DNA from: Bdellovibrionota bacterium
GTDB taxonomy: Bacteria > Bdellovibrionota_C > UBA2361 > JBIKUX01
Assembly: GCA_044347345.1 (NCBI GenBank)
Contig: JBIKUX010000007.1
Location: forward strand, 42,310 to 106,309
DNA length: 64,000 nt
Direction: 5' to 3'
Part shown: positions 20,105-29,283 of the stretch, one piece after another
Layout: the number at the start of each line of letters is the position of its first letter
Numbering within the stretch: position 1 is the stretch's first letter
Notes under the pieces: generated by a model
What the model saw: only the letters and a program-made list of their open reading frames with translations
Database searches by the model: none
What the model was told of the DNA's origin: nothing
Made by a program: the position numbers and the translations under genes

Positions 20105-20812
20105 ATGACTAACCCAGTTCACCAAAGTCAAACACTCGAAACGAGCACCACATCTGAGGTTTCAGCAGTCCATCACCCAGGTAGGAATTCAACCTTACTT
20201 GCTCTTGTCACCGAAGCCCAACTCGATCTTGCGGCGAATCGATCGTTCATAGAAGAGCTCGTCAAACAATTTAATCAGCTAAACCCTATTCAGGTAGTCA
20301 GCGATCCAAGCACTGAGATAATCTCCATCCCGGAGGGTGCTATCCAGTTGGCTGAGGTAACCACCAATAGCTTATTCGATAACGGTCTCGGACAAGCAAT
20401 ATTTGAATTGATGGCAACGGTCAAACCAGGTGACATAGTGGGAGTAGCCACTGAGACTCCTGATGTTTTTGGTGATGAAAAATTAGGAACTTTTGCGAGC
20501 TGGAATGTTGTGGGAAAGACTCCTGATGGCGACCTTGTCATAGAGGTGGCTACACAAACTGTTCACGCGAGTCACCAAAGACTCCTCGAGGAGGGTTATG
20601 ACAAGATCAACCCACAATTTTTCGGTCCCGACATTATTCGTTTTGCTATAGACCCCCAGAATCCACGCTTTGATGGCACCGAGCTTATGTGGCCACGGCA
20701 GTATGATCGCTCTGGGAACAACATCGGGTGGAACCCGCAACTTTCTAGTGCCGTGTACGGAGAAGAGGTCAGAAGAGCCCTTCAACGAATTGGATATCCA
20801 AGCTCAGAGTAA
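20105..20812 (+). CDS. Hypothetical protein (235 aa)
   Basis: Intact ORF with GAGGAG RBS; no motif recognised. Confidence 0.7.
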   Translation: MTNPVHQSQTLETSTTSEVSAVHHPGRNSTLLALVTEAQLDLAANRSFIEELVKQFNQLNPIQVVSDPSTEIISIPEGAIQLAEVTTNSLFDNGLGQAIFELMATVKPGDIVGVATETPDVFGDEKLGTFASWNVVGKTPDGDLVIEVATQTVHASHQRLLEEGYDKINPQFFGPDIIRFAIDPQNPRFDGTELMWPRQYDRSGNNIGWNPQLSSAVYGEEVRRALQRIGYPSSE

Positions 20813-21251
20813 GCCTCGGATGTTTTAGGTTCTCGCTTTGACGACTCACCAAGCACTTTTAGGACTCCCTACCTAACGACTCCCACACAAATAGAGCTAC
20901 AGATGATTCTTCCACCCGCAAAGAAGCTAGCTCACGCCTAAAAACAGCGTTTTGGCAATAAAGGCTGAGGCGATACTCTTTATACCATCCGAAATGCCTT
21001 CCCGCCTGTAAGAACAACCTCGCGGGCCATACTAGTTCCGGAATTTTGCAAGAGCTTCTTATTGGTATTTAATTTTGGTGAGTCAGTAGCATTACTTAGA
21101 GTTTTAAAAATAGTCTCAATTTTAGCCTAAGTTATTATTGTTGATTTAATGGCGGTTAATCCATCCATCTAACAGCTTAGTTCATGTAACTAAATTTATT
21201 TTTAGACGGCAACACAACTGCACCCAACATACTTACATGCACCCACCATAC

Positions 21252-22748
21252 TTACAAACCAAACAACACGGTCTTTTGTCGCATATAACTTTCTGTAACT
21301 GTTTCTAAACAAGCCTCTCTACCAAAGCCTGAATTCTTAAAACCGCCGTAAGGTGTCCCCGGCCTAAAAACGATATTTTGATTGATCTGTACGAAACCAG
21401 CTTCGGCCTCATTTGCAAATCGAAGCGCTTTACCAATATCGCGAGTCCAAAGGTATGCCGCCAACCCATAACTCGTATCATTGGCCGCGGCAAGCGCAGC
21501 ATCAAAATCAGTAAAAGGAATAACAAGGCATACAGGTCCAAATATCTCTTCTTTAGCTAAACGAGAATCATTGCTAGCACCGTACACAATGGTTGGTCGA
21601 CAGAAAAAACCCTCGCTAAAAATCTTAGATTCAGGAAGCTCACCCACTTGAGCAAGCTCAATTTGAGGGTCAGATTTAACCTCATGAATGTAACTCATCA
21701 CCTTCTCGTACTGCTGACGAGAAATAATACTCCCGATATCCGTTTGCTCTTGAAACGGATCACCTATTCGGAGTGCCTTAAGCTTGAGCTCTAAAAACTG
21801 TTTAACTTCAGCAAGAATACTATTATGCACAAATACCCGACTAGCAGCAGAACAACTTTGCCCTTGTCTAGTAAAACGCATACCACTTACGATTCCATTA
21901 ACCGCCTGCTCAACATCTGCATCTTCAGCGATAATCATCGGGCTCTTACCACCCAGCTCCATCGTCGTACTAATTAGCCTCTCTCCAGCTTTAGCGGCAA
22001 TACTGCGGCCAGTCACTGTAGAACCGGTAAAACTAACCTTTCGCACATCTTCATGCGCTACAAGAGCAGCGCCAGCGGATACACCTGTACCGCAAACTAC
22101 ATTAAGTACGCCGGAAGGAAATAAATTACCAATCAGCTCAGTAGCTTTAAGTACCGCCAAAGATGCATTCTCCGAGGGTTTTACAACTACCGTATTTCCG
22201 GCAAGTAATGCAGGTGCAATTTTATGCACCATAAGCATCACCGGTACGTTCCACGGAATAATGGCACCAACCACCCCAACAGGCTCGTAAACAGTAAGTG
22301 TCATCATCTCGCGAGCCACAGGTATTGTTTGACCCTTTATTTCACCCCCAAGACCCGCGTAAAATTCAAAAACGTCAGCTACACTTAACGCCTCTAAGCG
22401 ACTCTCAGTGCGAAGTGCCTTGCCAGTTTCAAGTGTAATAATACCGGCTAGTAACTCTGAATGCTTGCGCAGCTCTTCCCCACAGGCTCGAAAAATTTGC
22501 CCGCGCTCTCGAGGCGTGCTTTGTCGCCAACTACTAAATGATTTGACGGCAGCACTAACAGCGCGGTCAATATCTTCTGCATTACTAGCTGGTATGCAGC
22601 CTACCTCTTCATTTCTTGCAGGATCAATAACCGGAATAGTCTGTCCAGTTACAGAAGGTATAAATCGACCATCAATAAACTGTTTATTCCAAAGAGATTT
22701 TGCTACATTCTTAGCATGCAAGCGCCGTTCATCTGCGAGGTCTGTCAT
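21252..22748 (-). CDS. NAD(P)-dependent aldehyde dehydrogenase
   Basis: IIPWNVP, KPSE, FTGSTVTG, ELGGKSP, GQSCSA, EEIFGPV, PYGGFKNSG. Confidence 0.95.
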   Translation of the reverse strand: MTDLADERRLHAKNVAKSLWNKQFIDGRFIPSVTGQTIPVIDPARNEEVGCIPASNAEDIDRAVSAAVKSFSSWRQSTPRERGQIFRACGEELRKHSELLAGIITLETGKALRTESRLEALSVADVFEFYAGLGGEIKGQTIPVAREMMTLTVYEPVGVVGAIIPWNVPVMLMVHKIAPALLAGNTVVVKPSENASLAVLKATELIGNLFPSGVLNVVCGTGVSAGAALVAHEDVRKVSFTGSTVTGRSIAAKAGERLISTTMELGGKSPMIIAEDADVEQAVNGIVSGMRFTRQGQSCSAASRVFVHNSILAEVKQFLELKLKALRIGDPFQEQTDIGSIISRQQYEKVMSYIHEVKSDPQIELAQVGELPESKIFSEGFFCRPTIVYGASNDSRLAKEEIFGPVCLVIPFTDFDAALAAANDTSYGLAAYLWTRDIGKALRFANEAEAGFVQINQNIVFRPGTPYGGFKNSGFGREACLETVTESYMRQKTVLFGL

Positions 22749-22848
22749 TAATATCCTCCAAGAATATCTAGTTCCGACAATATCTATTTTCCTTAAACCG
22801 TTTTCTTCGATCAGAATAAGTAAATTATACAAGAAAATTACGATGAGC

Positions 22849-23813
22849 TCAGGGCTGTCGGCAGATTGCCCTACTACACAACATTGAACCAAAAACAACA
22901 AGAATGGCTCCAAAAATTAGAGTAAAGGAGAGATTATGGTGCGAAAGGATGGCAGTAACTAAAGTGGAAAAAAGCGGGATAAACATCGAAACAATCGATA
23001 TGGTTACGATGTTCCCATACCTCATCCCCATATCCCAGAAAAGATATGCAGTCGCTGCTAGAATAGCCCACATTACTAAAAGAGCAATATCATTGGGCAC
23101 AAAGCTTGGTAAAGGTTCTAGGCCAATAGCAATAAATAACAGCGGGAGGGATGTTACCAACATATAAAGCGGTACCGGTGATATTCCCTCTGGGTTAAGT
23201 AACTTTCGCGAAAGGTTACTATAAAGAGCCCAAGCCACTGCATCTATCACAGCTAAGGTGTAGGCAAACATGTTTACCTGAATAAAAGATCCTGAGGTAA
23301 TACCGGCGGAAGGATCACTCCATGAAGAAAATTTTACAGCTATTACACCGGCAATGACGCTGACTAAACCAAACGCAAGCCACCAAACATTTGCCTGAGC
23401 GTGGCGGAATAAAACTCCAAAAAGAAGTGTTAGTGACGGCCACAGATAGTTAAGAATTCCTACCACCAAAAGCTCTCCACTATTCTTAGCAAGCCCTACA
23501 GCGAGCCAGCACGCGGTGACATTTAAAAACCAGAAAGTTCCACAAATAAACAGAGCGCGAGTGTTATGTAGGCAGATTCCAAATAAAATCCCGCGTTTCC
23601 AAAAAAAAGTGTAAGGATGATACCAGAGATAGCAAGCTCAAACCCGGCACCATAAAAAACTCCAAATGCAACGGTAATTCGGTTCATTACCAGGATGGCT
23701 AAACTCCATATCAAACAAGCTAAAAACCCGCTTAATGTAGCCTTAATGGGAGTAAACTGAGAGAAGCACAGATTCCGTATCATAAACCGAATTTTATGGA
23801 TGGAATAAATCAC
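22849..23813 (-). CDS. EamA/DMT transporter (YddG-like), frameshifted in A8 at 23601-23608
   Basis: ATLSGFLACLIWS in the first ORF and VGILNYLWPSLT in the second. One added base restores a single frame. Confidence 0.8.
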
Positions 23814-23955
23814 ATAATCAGTAGATGTAGCTAAATAAGTTCTATCTTTATTAGTGTTATCGATATAGGAACGGATTAAATATTTTTTGGTACATTAACT
23901 TTTACAGTGTAAAATCTCACTGTATAAATTCTCACTGTATAAATTACTGCGCTAA

Positions 23956-25401
23956 TTAACGTGTTAAAGAGGGCAGCCTTAAAGTATCAATTATGGCTCT
24001 AAGTAGCGCTATATTATCAGAGTGACCAGTCATACAAGCAGTGACCCTACCCCGTAAAGGACGGCCTAATAAGCTTAGATCACCTATAACATCTAATATT
24101 TTGTGCCGAACAAATTCATCAGGGAATCGAAGCGCTACATTAATCGGGCCATCCTCGCCAACTAGAACAAAATTATCAAATCGACCACCTTGAGCGAGAC
24201 CCTGCCTCTGTAACCCACCAATGTCACGTACCAAACCAAAAGTACGCGCAGGAGCGATGTCAGCTAAATACTGTTCTGGAGAAGAGAGCGTAAAAGAATA
24301 TTCTTGAATTCCCAACGGTGGCGGATAGACTAATTTATATGTAACCGAAAAATCCTCCGCTGGCTCAATCTCAATAAATTCACCTCGCTCACCAGATGTA
24401 GCAACACGAATTGTTTGTGGAATAGCTACTTCCCAAATATCACCATCTTGCTCTTCGACACCCGTCTCACTGATCAAAGAATAGAAATCAAGTGCTGACC
24501 CATCCATGGCCGGTACTTCATCGTTACACTTAATCAGCAGATTTGTTATTCCAAAAGCTCTAAGAGCAGAAAGTAAATGCTCAACAGTGCTCACATGTAC
24601 GCCAGAACCCTTAAGAGTAGTGGCAAAGCCTGTAGATTCTACAAAAGAAACTAGTGCTGGTACGGCAGATCCCCCAGCCACTCCAGCAAAATGAATACCT
24701 GACCCTGAAGGAAGAGGCTCCAAGCTAAGTCCCGTCTTGCGGCCAGTATGTAGCCCTTGCCCGTAAACTAATGCATTTCCAGCCAAAGTGCGTTGCGATA
24801 TTTTTCTTCCGGCTGCCACCTTATCCGAAAAAATGAACGATAAAGGATTTATCTTTACAGCTTGACGAAGTATGACCTTTGAGTCTTGTAATCTTCTGTT
24901 CCCATGCAAGGGCTCTCCTTGCAAGATTGCACTGTTATCATCGACTTCATTTACAGATGCACTTTTATCGTAATCACTTTTATCGTAATCATTGCCCGTC
25001 CCAGAGACACTAGGCGATGATGTTACTGACTCAGGTTGCTTAGATATAAGCCGCCTAACTGTTTCCACTGTGACTGTCAGATCCAGAGGTTTCTCCAAAA
25101 AGTGAGAGGCTCCCTGCTTTGTAGCCTCTACAGCAGTGGCTATTGTTGCATGACCGCTAATCATAACCACTGGCACTTTAGGGGCAGCAGCAATTATTTG
25201 CCCCAATGCCTCTAATCCATCAATACCCGGAAGCCAGATATCAAGAAATATCAGAGCAGGTCGCTCGTTCTCTAAAAACTTAAACGCTAATTCAGCATCA
25301 TTCACTACTACGGTTTCCAGCCCTTCATCAGCAAGTATTTGCTGTAAAGCCCGACCAATGCTCGGCTCATCGTCAATCACTAATACTCGCCCTGAGGTCA
25401 T
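23956..25401 (-). CDS. lpxC: Response-regulator receiver domain fused to UDP-3-O-acyl-GlcNAc deacetylase LpxC
   Basis: REC: VIDDE, FLDIWLP, ISGH, LEKP. LpxC: QRTL...GQGLHTG, STVEHLLSAL, EVPAMDGSA, IAPARTFG, RHKILDVIGD, GH. Confidence 0.93.
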   Translation of the reverse strand: MTSGRVLVIDDEPSIGRALQQILADEGLETVVVNDAELAFKFLENERPALIFLDIWLPGIDGLEALGQIIAAAPKVPVVMISGHATIATAVEATKQGASHFLEKPLDLTVTVETVRRLISKQPESVTSSPSVSGTGNDYDKSDYDKSASVNEVDDNSAILQGEPLHGNRRLQDSKVILRQAVKINPLSFIFSDKVAAGRKISQRTLAGNALVYGQGLHTGRKTGLSLEPLPSGSGIHFAGVAGGSAVPALVSFVESTGFATTLKGSGVHVSTVEHLLSALRAFGITNLLIKCNDEVPAMDGSALDFYSLISETGVEEQDGDIWEVAIPQTIRVATSGERGEFIEIEPAEDFSVTYKLVYPPPLGIQEYSFTLSSPEQYLADIAPARTFGLVRDIGGLQRQGLAQGGRFDNFVLVGEDGPINVALRFPDEFVRHKILDVIGDLSLLGRPLRGRVTACMTGHSDNIALLRAIIDTLRLPSLTR

Positions 25402-25479
25402 GAAACTGGATTCCGATTTAATAAGTGGCCTCATATTTTTTTACAACCATATTCTGTAACTATACTAGCCAATAAAAAA

Positions 25480-26793
25480 TTAACACATGATCGTCTGATC
25501 TCTATCTGGCCCCACGCTGACTATACTAACAGGAACCCCTGCAAGATCGGCAATCAAAGATAAATATCGCCGCGCTGCATCAGGAAGATCACTTAACCTT
25601 CTGGCTCCTGAGATATCCTCATTCCAACCTTCAGTTTGAATGTACTCCACTCCTACCCTACTGAGCTCATCTGCAAGCATGGGGATATTATCTGTAAACT
25701 TTTGTTCACCCAAGGTATAAGAACACGCAATCTTCAGCTCAGATAATCCGGATAGCACATCAAGTTTAGTAATAATCAGTTGTGAAATACCACTAATTTT
25801 AATCGCATACCTAAGAAGAACCATATCAAGCCATCCACATCGCCGAGCTCGACCGGTAGTGGTACCAAACTCACTACCTTGCTGTCTAAGAAACTCACCC
25901 GTCTCTTCTTGCAATTCAGTAGGAAATGGCCCCTCACCAACGCGAGTTGAATAAGCCTTGGTTACTCCAAAAATTGTTCCAATAAACTCAGGTGTTACTC
26001 CACAGCCTGAGGCGATTGACGCTGGTAGGGTAGAAGATGAAGTAACAAAGGGAACCGTGCCAAAAATTGGATCTAGCAATACTCCTTGAGCTCCTTCAAA
26101 AACCACTTTTTCTCCGCGACCTTTAGCCTCAAGCAATACCTCACTTCCGTCACCGCAAAAAGGTAAAACCTCTGCTACCGCTTGCTCTATTGATTCCCAA
26201 ATAGTAGCAAATGATACACCATCTCTGTCTCCAAGAACTTTAGTCATATATAAATTTTTTTGCTCAACTACAGAGACGAGTCTACTGCGCAAAGTATCAA
26301 GCGCGCGGAGCTCAGCTACCCGCACCCCACATCTAGCGGCTCGATCCTCATAACATGGCCCTATACCTCGACCAGTAGTACCAATCTTTACTCCACCAGA
26401 AGACCCACCACTACCGCTTTCGCGCAAGTTATCTATTCGACGATGATAAGGAAGCACAAGCTCTGTACGTCCATCAACAATAAGACGCTCTGGGCTAACA
26501 TTTATTCCAGCTTGCCGCAATCTTGTTACTTCATCGGCAAAACCTTGTGGTTCTAAAACTACACCCGCGCCAATTAAGCACCTCGTGCTGCGGCGCAAAA
26601 TACCAGACGGTATAAGATGTAATTTAGTGGTAATACCGCCTACCACTAAAGTATGACCAGCATTATTACCCCCATGAAAGCGCACCACCAAATGAGAATC
26701 TTCAGTCAAAAGGTCGACTATTTTGCCCTTACCCTCATCTCCCCATTGCGCTCCAACAATTGTGAGTGCCTTATCGTCTCTGATTACAGTCAT
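25480..26793 (-). CDS. purA: Adenylosuccinate synthetase
   Basis: GAQWGDEGKGK, GGNNAGHT, IGTTGRGIGP, EGAQG, EFGTTTGRARR. The ATG overlaps the truB stop. Confidence 0.97.
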   Translation of the reverse strand: MTVIRDDKALTIVGAQWGDEGKGKIVDLLTEDSHLVVRFHGGNNAGHTLVVGGITTKLHLIPSGILRRSTRCLIGAGVVLEPQGFADEVTRLRQAGINVSPERLIVDGRTELVLPYHRRIDNLRESGSGGSSGGVKIGTTGRGIGPCYEDRAARCGVRVAELRALDTLRSRLVSVVEQKNLYMTKVLGDRDGVSFATIWESIEQAVAEVLPFCGDGSEVLLEAKGRGEKVVFEGAQGVLLDPIFGTVPFVTSSSTLPASIASGCGVTPEFIGTIFGVTKAYSTRVGEGPFPTELQEETGEFLRQQGSEFGTTTGRARRCGWLDMVLLRYAIKISGISQLIITKLDVLSGLSELKIACSYTLGEQKFTDNIPMLADELSRVGVEYIQTEGWNEDISGARRLSDLPDAARRYLSLIADLAGVPVSIVSVGPDRDQTIMC

Positions 26794-27815
26794 AAAAAGT
26801 TGTCTTCTTCTCGTTGATAAAATAACCTGCTCCACTCTGGGTCTCCTTGAAAATTTACCGAACAACCAAGAAGTCCAATCGGAGCCTGCTGAGGATTAGA
26901 GTATATAACAATTTGCTGATATTTGTCGTCGTTGGTTAGATTTTTTCTACTACAAGCAGAAAAATCATGAAGTAACTTGGAAACTCTCTCTGGGAAAATG
27001 CCAGTTTGCAGCATTTTGCACTCAGTTTCATTGCAAGTAAGAGGAATAAAACTAGATGGCTCAAAAATTCGCCACCAAGGTAGGATAGTTAAACCACTTT
27101 CTGCGTCGACAGTTACATCAGGTTTAGTAGTAAAAGATACATTAATTTTATTTGAATTTTTTACATTGAATGGGAAAATTGATTCCCGCCGTAAACTTAG
27201 TAAACAACCCTCTGTTCCTAGTATCTTGGCAATATCTCTAGCTAAGGATCTAATATAGGTACCCTTACTACACCTGATCGAAAAAGATACAGATTGAACT
27301 CGGTCTCCATCAAGTGTAGCTACTCCTAGTGAAAAAGAAAAAACTGTGACCTCTCGAGCCTTAAGTACCGGCTCATTACGACAATTCTCGGCCTGATCCA
27401 TATTGGTAGCCCTTAAATGTCGAGAAATAACGTAAGCTCTTACTCCAGAAACTTTAACAGCACTTACATTTGGGGGAACTTGAGAAATTTTACCTGTAAA
27501 AGAAGGGATTATATCCAGCAGGTCTTTTAATTTAGGCAGTACATGCGAACGCTTAATAATTCTACCTGTAACGTCATCAGTATCGGTGGCTAGTCCAAAT
27601 AAAAACTCACCAGAATACTCCTTAACACCAGATTGCACAAAGGAAACCAGTCTAGTTGCCCGACCAGTTAATAGAACTAAAAGGCCTGTAGCTGCAGGAT
27701 CAAGAGTACCTGCATGCCCAATTTTATCAAACTTATGAGTTCTCTTTACAAGCCCTACGACTCGTGCTGACGAATATCCATAAGGTTTGTCGACAAGAAT
27801 TACTCCGCTTTGCAT
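26790..27815 (-). CDS. truB: tRNA pseudouridine(55) synthase
   Basis: KIGHAGTLDPAATG, CSKGTYIRSLARD. Confidence 0.95.
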   Translation of the reverse strand: MQSGVILVDKPYGYSSARVVGLVKRTHKFDKIGHAGTLDPAATGLLVLLTGRATRLVSFVQSGVKEYSGEFLFGLATDTDDVTGRIIKRSHVLPKLKDLLDIIPSFTGKISQVPPNVSAVKVSGVRAYVISRHLRATNMDQAENCRNEPVLKAREVTVFSFSLGVATLDGDRVQSVSFSIRCSKGTYIRSLARDIAKILGTEGCLLSLRRESIFPFNVKNSNKINVSFTTKPDVTVDAESGLTILPWWRIFEPSSFIPLTCNETECKMLQTGIFPERVSKLLHDFSACSRKNLTNDDKYQQIVIYSNPQQAPIGLLGCSVNFQGDPEWSRLFYQREEDNFL

Positions 27816-27842
27816 AAGCTAGTTACTTATACAATCGATTAC

Positions 27843-28814
27843 TCAAAAAAGCTTTTCAAGAGCGGGTATAAGGCGAGCCATTAACTCATCTATGTTCTTA
27901 CGCCACCGAAAAGCTGCGGCGGTAACATGCCCACCTCCTCCAAAGGATTCAGCAAACAAAGATAAGTTTGGTTCACTACCCTTACCTCGCAAAGAGATGC
28001 GCCAAATCTCGCCGTCCCATTTGATTAAGACTCCAACCCTAACTCCTTCAATATCTCTTATCCGTTCAACTAAACCATCAGTATCACTGTACGAAGCCCC
28101 TGCATCTCGGTACATTTGCTCCATTACTATTGCATAGGCAATTTTACTACCTAAAATGAACACAAGGTTCTGTAGAGCCTTGGCATGTAACCTAATACTG
28201 CCGATAGATTGCTCTCCAAAAAGATGCTCAGATATTGCGGATAAATCAGCCCCAAGATCAACAAGTTTAGCAGCCACTAGCAAAGTATCACTAGAGGTAC
28301 TAGGGTAGCGAAAGCTACCAGTATCAGCTATTAATCCTGCTAAAAGACTTCTAGCTGATTCACTAGAAATTTTCCAACCAGCCTCACTTAAAAGCTTAAA
28401 TACTACCTCAGCTGTTGAACTAGCCTTAGCCTCTACTAAATTTAGTCCTCCAAAATGAGTATTTGAGATATGGTGGTCAATATTGACCCAAGGAACTCCT
28501 TCTGGAAGTTGTTTAAGCAGTTGTTCCCCTACTCTATCCGCCCCTCCACAATCACAAAAAACTACAACATCAGGTCTCCATTCCGGTAATGTTCGCTGAA
28601 AAATGGAGAGCTTTGGAAAAAAATTAAATCCTTTACTAATCTCGTCACTAGTTACTATCGCTACTTCTTCCTTTCTTCTCTCTTTGAGTGCTAAAGCCAA
28701 TCCTAGGCTACTTCCAATAGCGTCAGCATCGGGATGAATATGGGTTGTAATAAGAAATCTACGATGTTTCTCGAAAATATCTATGATATCGCTCTGATCT
28801 TTGCGTAAAACCAC
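27843..28814 (-). CDS. nrnA: DHH/DHHA1 oligoribonuclease/pAp phosphatase
   Basis: HIHPDADAIGS, NIDHH, DTGSF, GGGGH; lies between rbfA and truB. Confidence 0.9.
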   Translation of the reverse strand: MVLRKDQSDIIDIFEKHRRFLITTHIHPDADAIGSSLGLALALKERRKEEVAIVTSDEISKGFNFFPKLSIFQRTLPEWRPDVVVFCDCGGADRVGEQLLKQLPEGVPWVNIDHHISNTHFGGLNLVEAKASSTAEVVFKLLSEAGWKISSESARSLLAGLIADTGSFRYPSTSSDTLLVAAKLVDLGADLSAISEHLFGEQSIGSIRLHAKALQNLVFILGSKIAYAIVMEQMYRDAGASYSDTDGLVERIRDIEGVRVGVLIKWDGEIWRISLRGKGSEPNLSLFAESFGGGGHVTAAAFRWRKNIDELMARLIPALEKLF

Positions 28815-28834
28815 AATAACTATCCCCTTTTCGG

Positions 28835-29272
28835 CTAAAGTTTTTCAGAGGTGAGTGACAGCGACGATAAATTGCTATCCTCTGATGCCTCCTCTTCTTT
28901 TGCCGACTGCTCAGAACAAGTGTTGCCATCAGCGGCACTCACCTGATGCATTAATCTGTCTATTTGATTTTGTACATCAGAGGTCTCATCGTAGTAAAAA
29001 CGCAAAGCTGGAGCAGTGCGTAGTTTTAACTCCTTTGCTACAACTGAGCGGAGTAAACCCGAAGCAGCCTCCAGACCGTCTGCTACATCCTCTCTACGCT
29101 GGCTGTCACCTATGACAGTCCAATAAACCTTAGCAAGCATTAAATCAGTAGTAGTAACTACTGATGTAACTGTAACTAAATCTAGCCTAGGGTCGCTTAA
29201 TCTCAGTAAAGTCGTTGCCAAAATAGCTTGGATCCGCTCTGACACACGGAACAACCGTCGCTGTTTCGCCAT
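28835..29272 (-). CDS. rbfA: Ribosome-binding factor A
   Basis: DPRL..VTVT.V..TDL..AKVY, LRTAPALRFYYD. Confidence 0.93.
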   Translation of the reverse strand: MAKQRRLFRVSERIQAILATTLLRLSDPRLDLVTVTSVVTTTDLMLAKVYWTVIGDSQRREDVADGLEAASGLLRSVVAKELKLRTAPALRFYYDETSDVQNQIDRLMHQVSAADGNTCSEQSAKEEEASEDSNLSSLSLTSEKL

Positions 29273-29283
29273 AAGGGTCAATC

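Noticed and set aside
21784-22887. Long plus-strand ORFs opposite ALDH, and similar antisense ORFs across the core genes
   Set aside because: Shadow ORFs of well-supported genes on the other strand.
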